DNA of 60,043 nt, the filler included. It is 5 parts of 5 records of this genome, joined end to end, with 100 filler letters (N's around TTAATTAATTAA, not from the genome) between each part and the next. Parts side by side here need not be neighbours in the genome. Positions count along the whole stretch, not along the records: positions 31,684 to 41,056 come from SRR31147125_2354; 4 more parts are not named here. One strand, given 5' to 3'. The position numbers and the translations under genes are program-made. The notes beneath the pieces were generated by a model. That model searched no databases. It had not been told where the DNA came from and saw only the letters and a list, made by a program, of their open reading frames with translations. Below, one piece after another: positions 33,024 to 41,156 of the stretch (positions are counted from its first letter, which is position 1; each line of letters begins with the position of its first letter).

Positions 33024-33077
33024 TAGTTGTTGATAACTTATTTATAGACGTCATAAATTTCCCAAAAGTTGCATCTA
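33024..33077 (-). repeat. Conserved upstream element, copy A (GTTAT core next to the RBS; attI-like)
   Basis: Aligns by eye with 34375-34429, sharing ATAACT, TTTATA, ATAAA and AGTTGCATCTA. Confidence 0.7.
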
Positions 33078-33143
33078 TTAAACCATATAAGCTCGTTATC
33101 CGCCATAACAGTTGACTCTATTAAAACTATATACTTAACTCTA

Positions 33144-33173
33144 ATGATACCACAAATAGTACATTAATCTCAA
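33144..33173 (-). promoter_or_regulatory. Repeated promoter, copy A
   Basis: Minus strand TTGAGA-N18-TATCAT with extended TG. Confidence 0.65.
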
Positions 33174-33274
33174 GAATAAACTACTGATAAAATTCGGATA
33201 TGTCTATTTAAGAAATTAACTTAATTATATTATTTCACTAAACTATACTTTTAAGCCTTTATATGTCAAAAAAT

Positions 33275-33310
33275 AAAAAAAGATGTGCTAAGCCTCAAAC
33301 TTAACACATC
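33275..33310 (-). terminator. Repeated terminator, copy A
   Basis: GATGTGTTAAG-TTTGAGG-CTTAGCACATC followed by T7. Confidence 0.8.
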
Positions 33311-33358
33311 AATATTTCTATTAATTATAGGAAATCCTAATAACTTAAGTCCTCAGTT

Positions 33359-34354
33359 TTATAACCAGAATTCTCTTTTTCGACCTTGGTAAAATTTATC
33401 TAGAATAGCGTCAATTATTCGATAGGTTTCCAAAGCCTCTTCTCCTGAGCAAATATTTGGGCTACTAGTTATTAAATCCTCAACAACACATTTAATCATA
33501 GATTCTTGAATATATAGTGGGTCTTCAATTTTAATCTCTTGGATTACCCTACCATTTTGTCTTATAATAATTGGATTTGAACCATGGATACTAAATTCTA
33601 TTTCCCCTTTTGACCTTCTTAAAATAACTTTATCACTCTTTTTATCAGCAAGCAAATTGAAATTAAGTGTTCCAAGAATATTGTTTTCCATTTCTAATAT
33701 CGCCACAACAATCTCCTCTAATGAATGTGTCTTATTTATATTTCTGCAAAATGATTCAACATTTGCTACTTTTCCAAATAAAAAAACTAAAATATCAATC
33801 ATATGTGGAGCAATGTCAAAAAATTTCCCTCCACCTGATAATTGAGTTTTGAACATCCAGTTATGAACTTTATTATCTTCAAAAATCCGATTTAGATTAC
33901 AGTCAAAAGTATAAATTTCTCCTATAACATTAGAGTCAATTAAATCTTTGATTTTTAGGAATTTTGGATGTGCTCTTCGATAATGAGCAATATATAGAGG
34001 TACATTTTCCTTTTTAAATGCGTCAATGATTTCTAAACATTCTAATTCATTTCTTGCAAAAGGTTTTTCGAGGTAAACTGGTTTCTTATTTTTTGCGCAA
34101 AACAGTGCTTGTTCTTTATGAAGACCTGGAGGCGTTGCAATGTATACAGCATCCACTTCATTATCAAGTACCAAATCTTTATAGTTATCATAATATGTAT
34201 CTGCCAAAAATTTTTCTGCTGACTCTTTTGCTTTCTCTAAATCTCTCCTATAAATAGCTTGAATTTTACTATTTTGAACTCTTTGAAATGCCGGTCCACT
34301 TTTTGTTTGAACTACATTTCCACACCCAAGAATTCCCCACCTGATGGTCTTCAC
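33359..34354 (-). CDS. Gfo/Idh/MocA family oxidoreductase
   Basis: WGILGCG, VYIATPP, EKP, SGGG.FFD...H. Confidence 0.9.
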   Translation of the reverse strand: MKTIRWGILGCGNVVQTKSGPAFQRVQNSKIQAIYRRDLEKAKESAEKFLADTYYDNYKDLVLDNEVDAVYIATPPGLHKEQALFCAKNKKPVYLEKPFARNELECLEIIDAFKKENVPLYIAHYRRAHPKFLKIKDLIDSNVIGEIYTFDCNLNRIFEDNKVHNWMFKTQLSGGGKFFDIAPHMIDILVFLFGKVANVESFCRNINKTHSLEEIVVAILEMENNILGTLNFNLLADKKSDKVILRRSKGEIEFSIHGSNPIIIRQNGRVIQEIKIEDPLYIQESMIKCVVEDLITSSPNICSGEEALETYRIIDAILDKFYQGRKREFWL

Positions 34355-34374
34355 TTTACATCACTCCATTTTTT

Positions 34375-34429
34375 TAGTTTTACATAACTCGTTTATAAGG
34401 CGCAATAAACTACCTCATAGTTGCATCTA
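34375..34429 (-). repeat. Conserved upstream element, copy B (GTTAT core next to the RBS; attI-like)
   Basis: Aligns by eye with 33024-33077. Confidence 0.7.
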
Positions 34430-34479
34430 CCACTCTATAATGGAATGCACGCGATATAGCATTGCAATATTCAATAATA

Positions 34480-34509
34480 ATGATACCATGAACTCTTCAT
34501 AATTCTCAA
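34480..34509 (-). promoter_or_regulatory. Repeated promoter, copy B
   Basis: Minus strand TTGAGA-N18-TATCAT with extended TG. Confidence 0.65.
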
Positions 34510-34612
34510 GTGTAAGCCATTGATTTAATTTGGATTATGTTTAATAGACAATTTACTTTAATATTTTTAGGAGTTAATATGTTTGGAAATCAGTGTAAGC
34601 AGAGTAAAGAAT

Positions 34613-34650
34613 AAAAAAGAGGCATTATGCTTCAAACATAACACCTCTCA
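34613..34650 (-). terminator. Repeated terminator, copy B
   Basis: GAGGTGTTATG-TTTGAAG-CATAATGCCTC followed by T6. Confidence 0.8.
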
Positions 34651-34676
34651 ATAAATTTATTATATTTAATAAGAAA

Positions 34677-35285
34677 CTATTCCAACTCTTCAGTTTTATA
34701 AACTGTATATCCTTCATAAAAATAACTAGCATCTATACCCTTCATATAGATTTCTCTATCATCAATTTTATCAGTCAGCGCTTCTTTTAACAGAAATTTA
34801 ATCTCAATATCTTTTATAGGACTACGTTCCATCGCTAGCAGATAGTCAGCTTTATCTACATTGCTCCAATCAATAACCTGACCTAGTTCCTTCTTCAAAA
34901 TCAAGTCAAGCCAAACCCTTGTGCTTCTCCCATTTCCCTCTCGAAAAGGGTGAGCAATATTCATCTCAACATATTTCTCTATAATCTCGTTATAGTTTAA
35001 TTGTGGCATTTTATTTATATTATCAAGAGCCGCTTCTAGGTACATTACAGGTGCAAATCTGAAATTTCCCTTAGCTATATTTACATTTCTAATCTCACCA
35101 GCAAATTCATAAATATCATCAAATAAAAACCTGTGAATTTCAGAAAGTGCTTTAAATGTTCCAGCTTCTAATGTGTTTAGAAATCCAGTTTCAAAAAGCT
35201 TTTTAGCTTTCTTCTTACTTAATTTTTCTTCAATTCTTGCAAGTTCAACGGAATTTTTAATTCCCAATTTATTTTCTAAAATCAT
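34677..35285 (-). CDS. fic: Fic protein (adenylyltransferase), class III with C-terminal inhibitory motif
   Basis: HPFREGNGRSTR active-site loop; C-terminal SYFYEG matches (S/T)xxxE(G/N). Confidence 0.92.
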   Translation of the reverse strand: MILENKLGIKNSVELARIEEKLSKKKAKKLFETGFLNTLEAGTFKALSEIHRFLFDDIYEFAGEIRNVNIAKGNFRFAPVMYLEAALDNINKMPQLNYNEIIEKYVEMNIAHPFREGNGRSTRVWLDLILKKELGQVIDWSNVDKADYLLAMERSPIKDIEIKFLLKEALTDKIDDREIYMKGIDASYFYEGYTVYKTEELE

Positions 35286-35343
35286 ATTTAACCCTTCCTA
35301 AAACTAAACAATGTTTTCTAAGAACCACTACTATACTATATAT

Positions 35344-35372
35344 ATGATACCATACCTCAATTTCCTACTCAA
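35344..35372 (-). promoter_or_regulatory. Repeated promoter, copy C
   Basis: Minus strand TTGAGT-N17-TATCAT with extended TG. Confidence 0.65.
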
Positions 35373-35390
35373 GAGTAAACTTTATCACAT

Positions 35391-35428
35391 AAAAAGAAGC
35401 ATTATGCTTCAAACATAACACCTCTCAA
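35391..35428 (-). terminator. Repeated terminator, copy C
   Basis: Nearly identical to copy B (one substitution in the stem). Confidence 0.8.
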
Positions 35429-35433
35429 AATTT

Positions 35434-35865
35434 CTAATCTCTTGATATCGTCCCTTTCAAAATCATCGCTTCTTCATTTTCGAATATAGCCATAGCAGTA
35501 TTCATCTTCTTAAATCCTAACTTAGCATAAAAGCCCTCTTTCCCAGGGCTTGCATAAAGTATGATTTTCTTATGCCCATTTGATAACTCTACTAATTTAT
35601 TAACTATATTTTTGCCTATTCTCTGACCTTGATAATCTGGATGAATAGCTATATCACAAATATATGAACAATCCCCACCATCTGCTAAAGCCCTTCCTAC
35701 TCCAACTAACTTATCACCATCATAAGCAAATACATTATACATACTGTTGGAAAATGTAATTTTAAGTTTCTCAACTACCTTCTCTCCAAGTGGTGCAATT
35801 CTATATAGTTCCTCTAGCTCAAGCCAATCAATATTTTTTTCGTTTATAGTGTATTTTATACTCAT
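35434..35865 (-). CDS. GNAT family N-acetyltransferase
   Basis: LVGVGRALADG, IHPDYQGQRIG, FYAKLGF; RBS before ATG at 35865. Confidence 0.9.
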   Translation of the reverse strand: MSIKYTINEKNIDWLELEELYRIAPLGEKVVEKLKITFSNSMYNVFAYDGDKLVGVGRALADGGDCSYICDIAIHPDYQGQRIGKNIVNKLVELSNGHKKIILYASPGKEGFYAKLGFKKMNTAMAIFENEEAMILKGTISRD

Positions 35866-36021
35866 TTTCCAACTCCTTTCATACATTTGTATATTATAAA
35901 AATCTCTTATTTCATTCACAGTAAAAAGCATCTTTGAATAAAAAGAAGAATTAAGAATTAGCCTTAACTCCTTATCATATTCTCATATAAACTACCATGT
36001 ACGAATGTTATTTATAACATC

Positions 36022-36366
36022 CTATACTTTCTTCATATAATTCAAAGGCGCCCACGATTCAATATTTGCATTCCCTTCTTTATATCCCCATATCCATCCA
36101 TTTAACTCTTTTATCTCAACTACAACTTCGCCAATATCTAAATTAAACTCAGCTGCATCATAATCCTCTATCACTCTGCTACCATTCAGTATCTGCTTTG
36201 GAACCCATCCTTCATTTGTAGAACTCTTACAGAACACCCAATTTGGCCAATCTCCATCTGGATTGGACTCCTCTATACGCTTAACACTATCGCCTTTATT
36301 AAGCTTAATTGGATTAGTAAACTCTGTTCTATATTCCTTTGTAACTTCATATTTATTAGTATTCAT
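36022..36366 (-). CDS. Tandem SH3-domain protein
   Basis: WPNWVFC..EGWVP and GWIWG..SWAP SH3-like repeats. Confidence 0.75.
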   Translation of the reverse strand: MNTNKYEVTKEYRTEFTNPIKLNKGDSVKRIEESNPDGDWPNWVFCKSSTNEGWVPKQILNGSRVIEDYDAAEFNLDIGEVVVEIKELNGWIWGYKEGNANIESWAPLNYMKKV

Positions 36367-36453
36367 ATATCTTATCCTTTCTAGTTTATATATACGTATG
36401 TTATTTACATTTCAAAAGCTCCCTGCTTAAGTTAAGAGGGGCTGTGGGAGTTG

Positions 36454-36912
36454 TCATAACTTATATCGAAAAACTTCTGTTTTCTGCCCTATATCATCCA
36501 TTGTAATTAGCAATGATTCCCAACCTAACCGTTTATAATAATCTGATGCAAACTCAGTTCTCAAGTATAGATAGTCATATTCTAGAGAACGAGTCTTATC
36601 AATTATACTATGTACCAGTAGCTTCCCTACGCCTTTACTCCTAAAGGGTTCATCCACATATAAAGAACCAAGCCACGGCGAGAATTTAAGTGTTTTTAAA
36701 TCATTCTCAAGCAAGGATACAGAACCTAGACAAACATTATTCTCAACTGCAATCAATGTCATAGGAATATTATCACCCTTGAATAAAACAAGTATTCCCT
36801 CAATCTGCTTTATACTTAGGTTATCACGTACACCTTTTACAAACTCATAATAGATCCATTTTGCAACTATGGGTATAAACTGTTTATTATTACTTAAGTT
36901 TAATATCTCCAT
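36454..36912 (-). CDS. GNAT family N-acetyltransferase
   Basis: PWLGSLYV..FRSKGVG, YYKRLGW. Confidence 0.9.
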   Translation of the reverse strand: MEILNLSNNKQFIPIVAKWIYYEFVKGVRDNLSIKQIEGILVLFKGDNIPMTLIAVENNVCLGSVSLLENDLKTLKFSPWLGSLYVDEPFRSKGVGKLLVHSIIDKTRSLEYDYLYLRTEFASDYYKRLGWESLLITMDDIGQKTEVFRYKL

Positions 36913-36936
36913 ATTATCTCCCCCATATGAATAGTT

Positions 36937-37803
36937 TTACGCCTCTGCTCCAACTTCCTTTGGTTTAGGTTTAAATATTGTAAATGTTAACGCAAGTATT
37001 ATAACTGCTAATCCTATATAAAAGTTTAACTCTAGTGTCTCATTCAAGATAATAACTGATAGAATCGATGCAATAATTGGCTTTAGATAAAACATAGACG
37101 AACCAGCAGCAGCTGAAACATATCGAAGTCCGTAGAAATATAACAGATACGCAACTCCTGTAGCTACAAGTGATATATATAGCAGTGGAACTATATTTGA
37201 TGATAAGTTATTAATTGTGAAGTTTCGTACAAATATTAACTGAACAAATGCACCAGCTAAGAACATAACTCCTGTTGCGGCAAATGCACCGTATTTGATT
37301 ACATATTTCTTTGAGCCAACTACGTAGTATGCAAAGAATATTGCAGCAATTAGCATAAGTGCAGGGCCTTTTACATCTGTAAATGCAACCTTATCAAAAC
37401 CAAAGTTAAGTATCCATACACCAGAAAATCCTAAAATAATTCCAATTATTTTTCTTATTCCTAATTTTTCTTTGAAGAAAATCACTGCAAACATTGCAGT
37501 AAAAATTGGATTAATACTGAAAATTACAGCTCCTTTTGAAGCCTCTAAATAATCCAAACTAATATGAAATGCCCCAAGAGCTATTGTAACTCCAGCAACA
37601 CCATACCAGCATAACATAGGTAAATCTCTCTTTTCCATTTTTCTTATGCTCTTTATACCAATAACTGATATAACAATACCACTTATGAAAAATCTAAGGA
37701 ACGAAAGAAATATTACATCAATATCTCCATGTAAAAGTTTCGAAGCAACCTCTACAGTACTAAACAGTAAAATTGTTGTAAATATTGCCAAATAGTATTT
37801 CAT
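36937..37803 (-). CDS. EamA/DMT family transporter
   Basis: About 10 TM helices, duplicated EamA pattern (LRF, P.F..FA...KEK). Confidence 0.88.
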   Translation of the reverse strand: MKYYLAIFTTILLFSTVEVASKLLHGDIDVIFLSFLRFFISGIVISVIGIKSIRKMEKRDLPMLCWYGVAGVTIALGAFHISLDYLEASKGAVIFSINPIFTAMFAVIFFKEKLGIRKIIGIILGFSGVWILNFGFDKVAFTDVKGPALMLIAAIFFAYYVVGSKKYVIKYGAFAATGVMFLAGAFVQLIFVRNFTINNLSSNIVPLLYISLVATGVAYLLYFYGLRYVSAAAGSSMFYLKPIIASILSVIILNETLELNFYIGLAVIILALTFTIFKPKPKEVGAEA

Positions 37804-37969
37804 TTTCTTAACTCCTCTTTATTATATTATAGCTCTAATTTTATCATTTAATGTAATATACATCAAGTCAAAGTTAATTTAAGAGCATGAGAATTATGAT
37901 TTTTATCAATTTGATTAAATTGATAAAAAGGTATATAATAAACTAAATAAAATTAGGGAGTGTGATATT

Positions 37970-38851
37970 ATGTTTGAATTAAGACACGTTAAGGGAAATA
38001 CCTACTACATAGAATCCCCTGCAAAGATAGGTCTCTATATCGACGGAACAAATGCTTATCTTATCGATAGCGGAAATGACAAGGACGCAGGTAGAAAAGT
38101 AATGAAACTCCTGAGAGAAAAAGAGTTAAATTTACAAATGATTATAAATACACATTCAAATGCCGACCATATTGGTGGAAATAAATTCCTACAAGATAGA
38201 ACTAACTGTAGAATTGCCGCAACTGAAAAAGAAGCTATGTTTATAAAATATCCAGAGTTGGAAGCGTCTTTTCTATATGGAGGTTATCAATATAATGCTT
38301 TAAAGAATAAATTCCTGCAAGCACAACCGTCAAATGTAACAGACATTATTGTAGCTGGGCGATCAATAGAATGTTTTGATACAATCGAATTGGCAGGTCA
38401 CTTTCATGACATGATAGCTATAGAAACTCCTGACAATGTAATATTTCTTGCAGACTCACTATTTAGCAAATTCATAGTTGATAAATATAGTATTTTCTAC
38501 CTTTTTGATGTAGAAGGTCATCTTGATACACTAGACATGCTTAAAGAATTAGAAGCAGATGTGTTTATTCCAAGTCATGGGGAATCTACAACAGATATTA
38601 GCGAACTAATTGAAATCAATCAAAATAAAATTAACGAAGTAATAGAAGACATAAAAAAGGTATGTATGGAAGGAAAAGTTATAGATGATATAATTGCCGA
38701 AATTAGCAATTTGCATGGTATAACTATAGACGCTAATCAATATGTTTTAATTGGTAGCTGTATAAAATCATATCTTAGCTATATGGAAAACAGTTCAATG
38801 CTGGAAATCGTATTTAATAATAATAAAATGTTCTGGAAAACCAAACAATAA
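37970..38851 (+). CDS. Metallo-beta-lactamase-fold hydrolase
   Basis: LIDSG, THSNADHIGG, GH, D, PSHG motifs. Confidence 0.88.
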   Translation: MFELRHVKGNTYYIESPAKIGLYIDGTNAYLIDSGNDKDAGRKVMKLLREKELNLQMIINTHSNADHIGGNKFLQDRTNCRIAATEKEAMFIKYPELEASFLYGGYQYNALKNKFLQAQPSNVTDIIVAGRSIECFDTIELAGHFHDMIAIETPDNVIFLADSLFSKFIVDKYSIFYLFDVEGHLDTLDMLKELEADVFIPSHGESTTDISELIEINQNKINEVIEDIKKVCMEGKVIDDIIAEISNLHGITIDANQYVLIGSCIKSYLSYMENSSMLEIVFNNNKMFWKTKQ

Positions 38852-38868
38852 ATACAAAAAATGTGGCA

Positions 38869-38911
38869 GCACGTTATAGGTAAACACAGTTCCTGTTTAC
38901 ACATAACGTGC
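38869..38911. repeat. Hairpin between convergent genes (probable terminator)
   Basis: GCACGTTAT..GTAAACA-loop-TGTTTAC..ATAACGTGC. Confidence 0.6.
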
Positions 38912-39032
38912 CTTATTATATCTTATATCTAAATTTTACTTTTTCTTTCATAATTATTAGTATTCCAAAACCACAGGTTAATAGTATCTCATTCGTTATT
39001 AAGGAGGTAACTAAATGATTATGAAAAAAGTC

Positions 39033-39767
39033 CTACTCTCCATAATACTCAGGTGCAGTTTTTAAAGTTTTGAAAAACTCATAATCGTGAGCAAATACAA
39101 GCTTCGCATCATACTTATCTTTTAACTTTCTTACCTTTTCTATAGATTTGAAATAACTCAAACTATCATATAATAAACCTGAAGCTTTTGCAGGAGGGCC
39201 AAAAATAGCTTCAGTGTATATACAATCTTGTGGAAGAATAAACGTTCCATCTTTCTTAGTATGAACAACCATTCCCAATAGTCCAGGTGTATGTCCAGGT
39301 AAATTAATTATCTCAACACCAGGTGCTAATTCAAAATCTTCCTCAACTAAATGATATTGATTCACTTCAACATCTAAATCAGCTTTTGGGACATAGATAT
39401 CAGCATGTTTGAATAGGTGTAAATTACCCGCATGGTCTAGATGCATATGTGAAATTACTACCTTAGTAATATCTTCTGGTTTTACACCGCATAGAGCTAA
39501 TTGATTCTCAATTCTCTCATCATCAGTTTGATATAACGGATATACTTCCTGTAGATGCTCAGGCCAATAACCATTCATTGCATCTGGATGACTTCCAACA
39601 TCGTATAAGATATACTCACCTTCATTTTCTATCAAAAAGCACATAACTGGTAATTTAATCCATTCATTTTCAACCTTTGGATTACTTTTAGTACCTATAG
39701 TTGCACCAGCTTGCACATTATTTTTATCAGTCTCCAAGTACCCGGTATTAAGTACATAAATCTTCAT
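39033..39767 (-). CDS. N-acyl homoserine lactonase family protein (AiiA/AhlS-like MBL fold)
   Basis: SHMHLDHAG, LPGHTPG, D..Y, FAHD. Confidence 0.85.
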   Translation of the reverse strand: MKIYVLNTGYLETDKNNVQAGATIGTKSNPKVENEWIKLPVMCFLIENEGEYILYDVGSHPDAMNGYWPEHLQEVYPLYQTDDERIENQLALCGVKPEDITKVVISHMHLDHAGNLHLFKHADIYVPKADLDVEVNQYHLVEEDFELAPGVEIINLPGHTPGLLGMVVHTKKDGTFILPQDCIYTEAIFGPPAKASGLLYDSLSYFKSIEKVRKLKDKYDAKLVFAHDYEFFKTLKTAPEYYGE

Positions 39768-39787
39768 CTTTCACAACTCCTTCTAAA

Positions 39788-39935
39788 TTATTTTCTAAGT
39801 CGAAATGCTTTAATTCGACTTCGTTTAGAAAATCATTCTATGTTATTTTCTAAGTCAAAATGTTTTAATTTGACTTTGTTAAGAAAATCATTACTAAATT
39901 ATTTTCTAAATCCCACATTAAATTTTAATTGGATA
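39788..39935. repeat. Tandem palindromic repeats with a 55-56 bp period (two full copies plus one degenerate)
   Basis: TTATTTTCTAA starts at 39788, 39843 and 39899; each full copy is an internal inverted repeat. Confidence 0.8.
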
Positions 39936-40103
39936 AATTCTAACATTTGCCAATTACTAAAACAAATATATGTTTTGTATGTCATTATTCATAAGAAATA
40001 TAATTGAGTGAATATTTAATGTTGCTTTTATGTACATTACACGTTATAATTAGTTAATAAATAAGTATTAGATTTGATAAAATATCGATTATTGGGAGGA
40101 AAG

Positions 40104-40835
40104 ATGAATCTTAAATACACTGAGTATGAAGGTTGGGTTTATCCGCTAGAAGGTTATAGTTATAATGGTAAATCAGGGGATAAATTGTTTCTTTTTGAGA
40201 AGGAAGGGGCAAAAAGTAGCTATATACTTGAAAAAGGTAAAAAAAGAGTCACTGCACACAAAAATGGTTTTAAAATCTCAATGGCAAAATTAAAGAAGAA
40301 GCTTGAAGATAAAAAAAGATACATGTTTTATATAGAGGCAAAGGAAAAGAATCAAAGTAATAAAACACTTAGCTTCTTTAATGCTTGGTCATATGAAAAG
40401 GAAAACTCTCTAAAGATGATAGAGGTACAAGTTGAGAGAGAGGAACGAAGTCGTAGAAGACAGCGTAGAAGAGATGAACTCCTTGATTCGTATCATGAAA
40501 AGGCAGAAGAACTAATAAAAGCAATACATGATATGAATAAGGTAAATGATTATGAGAAGATTCTAAGTGATGAATTTCCTAAACTTTTACAAATAGAAAA
40601 GATTATAGAGAATGGATATTTTGCACTTAATACACATGAGAAGATGAAACGTAAATCTCTAAAGACAAGAAAAGCTATGGCAAAAGAGAGACATGACGAA
40701 ATTAGAGTTCGGATAAAAGAGGAGTTGGATAAAAATCCAAAAGTTAGTGTTAAACAATTAGCAACAATTTTAGGTGTAAGTAGAGAGTATCTATATAAAC
40801 ATAAATTACATGAATTTATAAAAGAAATGAGATAA
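40104..40835 (+). CDS. Hypothetical protein with coiled-coil and C-terminal HTH
   Basis: RBS GGAGG; C-terminal SVKQLATILGVSREYLYK helix-turn-helix. Confidence 0.65.
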   Translation: MNLKYTEYEGWVYPLEGYSYNGKSGDKLFLFEKEGAKSSYILEKGKKRVTAHKNGFKISMAKLKKKLEDKKRYMFYIEAKEKNQSNKTLSFFNAWSYEKENSLKMIEVQVEREERSRRRQRRRDELLDSYHEKAEELIKAIHDMNKVNDYEKILSDEFPKLLQIEKIIENGYFALNTHEKMKRKSLKTRKAMAKERHDEIRVRIKEELDKNPKVSVKQLATILGVSREYLYKHKLHEFIKEMR

Positions 40836-40981
40836 TAAAGTAATCTGACTTAGAGAATTTAAAGTTTTAGTTACTTTTTTATGCCAAGCAACTCGCAATG
40901 TTTACTCTTAAAAGTTCAATATTATTCTAAATATTAATGTCTTCAATAAGAGGTCTTGCAGTAAATGTTTAAAAAAATTTA

Positions 40982-41010
40982 TTGACAATTTTTTCTCAAT
41001 CTTATATACT
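40982..41010 (+). promoter_or_regulatory. sigma-70 promoter
   Basis: TTGACA-N17-TATACT. Confidence 0.75.
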
Positions 41011-41040
41011 CTTATTAAGATATAAATAAAAACTAAATAA

Positions 41041-41056
41041 AAAACTTCAGGGCAGG
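41041..41056 (+). ncRNA. Probable 5' start of an FMN riboswitch (truncated by the contig end)
   Basis: CTTCAGGGCAGG matches the conserved RFN start (cuuc.gggcagggugaaauuccc) about 30 nt after a strong promoter; only 12 informative nt are visible. Confidence 0.5.
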
Positions 41057-41156
41057 NNNNNNNNNNNNNNNNNNNNNNNNNNNNNNNNNNNNNNNNNNNN
41101 TTAATTAATTAANNNNNNNNNNNNNNNNNNNNNNNNNNNNNNNNNNNNNNNNNNNN
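41057..41156. other. Artificial contig spacer
   Basis: N-run + TTAATTAATTAA + N-run. Confidence 0.98.

Noticed and set aside
34375-34410. TTATGTAAAAC considered as a canonical dif/XerD arm
   Set aside because: Only 5 bp separate TAA and TTA rather than 6, there is no convincing XerC arm, and copy A differs in this arm. It is kept only as part of the att-like element.
39788-39935. Tandem repeats considered as a CRISPR array
   Set aside because: The units are contiguous with no unique spacers, and no cas genes are nearby.
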